Made by a program: the position numbers and the translations under genes. The notes beneath the pieces are model-generated. The model was not told the origin of the DNA. It saw only the letters and a list, made by a program, of their open reading frames with translations, and ran no database searches. Positions 62,309 to 64,000 of a stretch of 64,000 nt of DNA are shown here, in pieces (within the stretch, counting starts at the first letter, position 1; each line of letters starts with the position of its first letter). Source of the DNA: Acidimicrobiales bacterium (GTDB lineage: Bacteria; Actinomycetota; Acidimicrobiia; Acidimicrobiales; Aldehydirespiratoraceae); assembly GCA_029263175.1 (NCBI GenBank), contig JAJCXZ010000059.1, positions 17,909-81,908 on the forward strand. The letters are read 5' to 3'.

Positions 62309-64000
62309 TCATGCGGTGAGGGATTCGCGGAGTTCGCGTTTCAGGAACTTGCCGTTGGCGTTTTGGGGGAGGGGTTCGTCGACGAAGAAGACGACCTCGG
62401 GGTGCTTGAACTTGGCGATGCGGTCGGTGAGATGGGCCGACAGGGCTGCCTCGTCGAGGGTTGCGCCGGGCGTGCGGAAGATGGCGACGGCCACCTTCTC
62501 GCCGAGGCGCTCGTCCTCTACGCCGAAGGCGGCAGCCTCTGCCACCTCGGGGTGTTCGTAGATCGCGGCCTCGACCTCGGAGCAGTAGATGTTCTCGCCG
62601 CCACGGATCACCATGTCCTTGGCCCGGTCGACAATGAAGACGAAGCCGTTCTCGTCGACGGTGACGATGTCGCCGGTGCGGAACCAGCCCTCGGGCATCG
62701 ATTCAGCAGTGGCTTCGGGGCGGTTGAGATAGCCCTTCACCACTGCCGGACCCCTCACGACCAGCTCGCCGAATTCGCCGGCGGCGACCTCGTTGCCCTC
62801 TTCGTCGATGACCTTGTGTTCGAACGTCGGCATGATCGGGCCGGCCGAGGCCGGCTCCGCGGTGAAGAACGCGGCTGAGATCGCCGTGATGATGCCGTGG
62901 GTTTCGGTCAGGCCGTAGCCAGTCTGGGGCTTGACGTCGCCAGCGGCCTTGTCGATCTTGTCAACCAGGTCAGGCTGTAGTGCAGCGCCACCGCCACCCA
63001 TCGATTCGAGGCTCGAGGTGTCGCGCGTCTCCCAGTCTGCGTGGAGCAGCATCTCGCGACTCATCGTGGGAACGCCGGTGAAAATGGTGACGTTCTCGCG
63101 TTCGATCAGTTCGAGTGCTCGGGCGGGATCCCACCTGCGCATCAACACGATCTTGGCGCCGAGTGCCGTGCCGGGGTGAAGCACACAGTTGTTGGCGGTG
63201 ACGTGGAAGAGCGGGGTCGGCACCAGGATTGCCGGGTTGCCGGGCTCCGGCAGCGGCGGCGCATCAGCGGGGGCGAGCTTCGCGGTGGTCATGGCTGTGG
63301 CGGCGGTATTGAACGCCATGTGCAACAGGTTGTGGAGACAACCGCGATGGGTGAGCTGGGCGCCTTTCGGGAAACCAGTCGTGCCCGACGTGTAGAAGAT
63401 GCACATGTCGTCGTCAGGCTGAATGTCGGCGTCGGGAAGAGAGTCGGGCGCACTGGCGGGAGCGACGACGTCTTCCCAACGGGTTGCGTCGTCGGGCAGT
63501 TCGAGATCGGTGCGAACCGACATGACATGCATCGGTCGGACGGCGCGCAGCGCGGGGAGCAGCGGGATGACTCGCTCGAGGCGCTCTTCGTCGCAGATGA
63601 GAACCTTGGGTTCGGAATCCGTGAGCCCGAAACTCATCTCCTGACCCGTCCACCATGCGTTCATGCCGACGGCAGCAGCACCGAGCGAGCAGATCGCCCA
63701 GTAGGAGAAGACCCACTCAGGGAAGTTACGCATGGCGATGGCGACGCGGTCGCCGGCTCGCACGCCGTGCTGGGTATAGAGCACATCGGCCAGGGAACGC
63801 ACGATCGCGTGCGCCTCAGCGTAGGTGTAGCTCTCGTCCTCGTAGACGAGGTACGTGGCATCACCGTGAACGGCCGAGCTCTCCCAGAGCAGGCGCATGT
63901 TGGGCGGTGCCGCGTCGAACGTGCGCATGGTCATGCCGCGCACCTCGGTTTCGCTCCACGCGAAGGGCGCACCCTCCGCAGTCAGCTCGGCCCACGTTTC
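62309..64000 (-). CDS. acyl-CoA synthetase / class I adenylate-forming enzyme (5' end outside window)
   Basis: Track ORF 62309..63943 has a GTG start, but the frame stays open to position 64000 (...ETWAELTAEGAPFAWSETEVRGMTMRTF...), so the true start is probably beyond the window. It has the AMP motif YTSGTTGFPKGAQLTH. Confidence 0.85.
   Translation of the reverse strand, partial: ETWAELTAEGAPFAWSETEVRGMTMRTFDAAPPNMRLLWESSAVHGDATYLVYEDESYTYAEAHAIVRSLADVLYTQHGVRAGDRVAIAMRNFPEWVFSYWAICSLGAAAVGMNAWWTGQEMSFGLTDSEPKVLICDEERLERVIPLLPALRAVRPMHVMSVRTDLELPDDATRWEDVVAPASAPDSLPDADIQPDDDMCIFYTSGTTGFPKGAQLTHRGCLHNLLHMAFNTAATAMTTAKLAPADAPPLPEPGNPAILVPTPLFHVTANNCVLHPGTALGAKIVLMRRWDPARALELIERENVTIFTGVPTMSREMLLHADWETRDTSSLESMGGGGAALQPDLVDKIDKAAGDVKPQTGYGLTETHGIITAISAAFFTAEPASAGPIMPTFEHKVIDEEGNEVAAGEFGELVVRGPAVVKGYLNRPEATAESMPEGWFRTGDIVTVDENGFVFIVDRAKDMVIRGGENIYCSEVEAAIYEHPEVAEAAAFGVEDERLGEKVAVAIFRTPGATLDEAALSAHLTDRIAKFKHPEVVFFVDEPLPQNANGKFLKRELRESLTA

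Noticed and set aside
1-64000. Search for rRNA, tRNA, tmRNA, RNase P, transposases, integrases, phage genes, toxin-antitoxin pairs and cas genes
   Set aside because: I found no sequence stretch with cloverleaf-like or rRNA-like character. No ORF has transposase, integrase or phage hallmark motifs. The only intergenic gaps over 140 bp are 11842-12278, 54610-54756, 57900-58141, 58655-58804, 59357-59580 and 60193-60350, and each is discussed in the features, findings or rejected items above.

Overview
This is a high-G+C, gene-dense chromosomal window with about 60 protein genes and frequent 4-nt start/stop overlaps. I found no rRNA, tRNA, CRISPR array or intact IS element. Gene content looks actinobacterial: F420-type LLM and PPOX enzymes, a DsbA/Rv2466c-like protein, a DUF222-HNH (REP13E12-like) gene, a YciI+ECF sigma pair and Cheo-type LexA boxes. 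Most genes are housekeeping: engB, metY, pyc, surE, dinB, two UvrD-like helicases, an ATP-dependent DNA ligase, an ABC-F ATPase, acyl-CoA synthetases and a two-component system. All family calls come from motifs read by eye and recalled family resemblance, since no searches were possible. The strongest lead is an AhpD/CMD-family gene (36330..37364) that the ORF track splits at an in-frame TGA. The TGA sits at the second Cys of the E-x11-C-x2-C-x3-H motif and is followed by a SECIS-like hairpin, so it is a candidate selenoprotein, apparently co-transcribed with a Fur-family regulator. Other leads are: three perfect LexA boxes; a single-chain ECF sigma/ZAS anti-sigma/TM/poly-Thr protein; a 163-bp MITE-like inverted-repeat element; a DUF1272-amidohydrolase-cyclase/STAND/TPR operon; 11-bp-phased CTCAC repeats linking a response regulator to a second promoter; a frameshifted HNH gene; an ankyrin gene cut by an in-frame TAA; and recurrent poly-Thr codon tracts.
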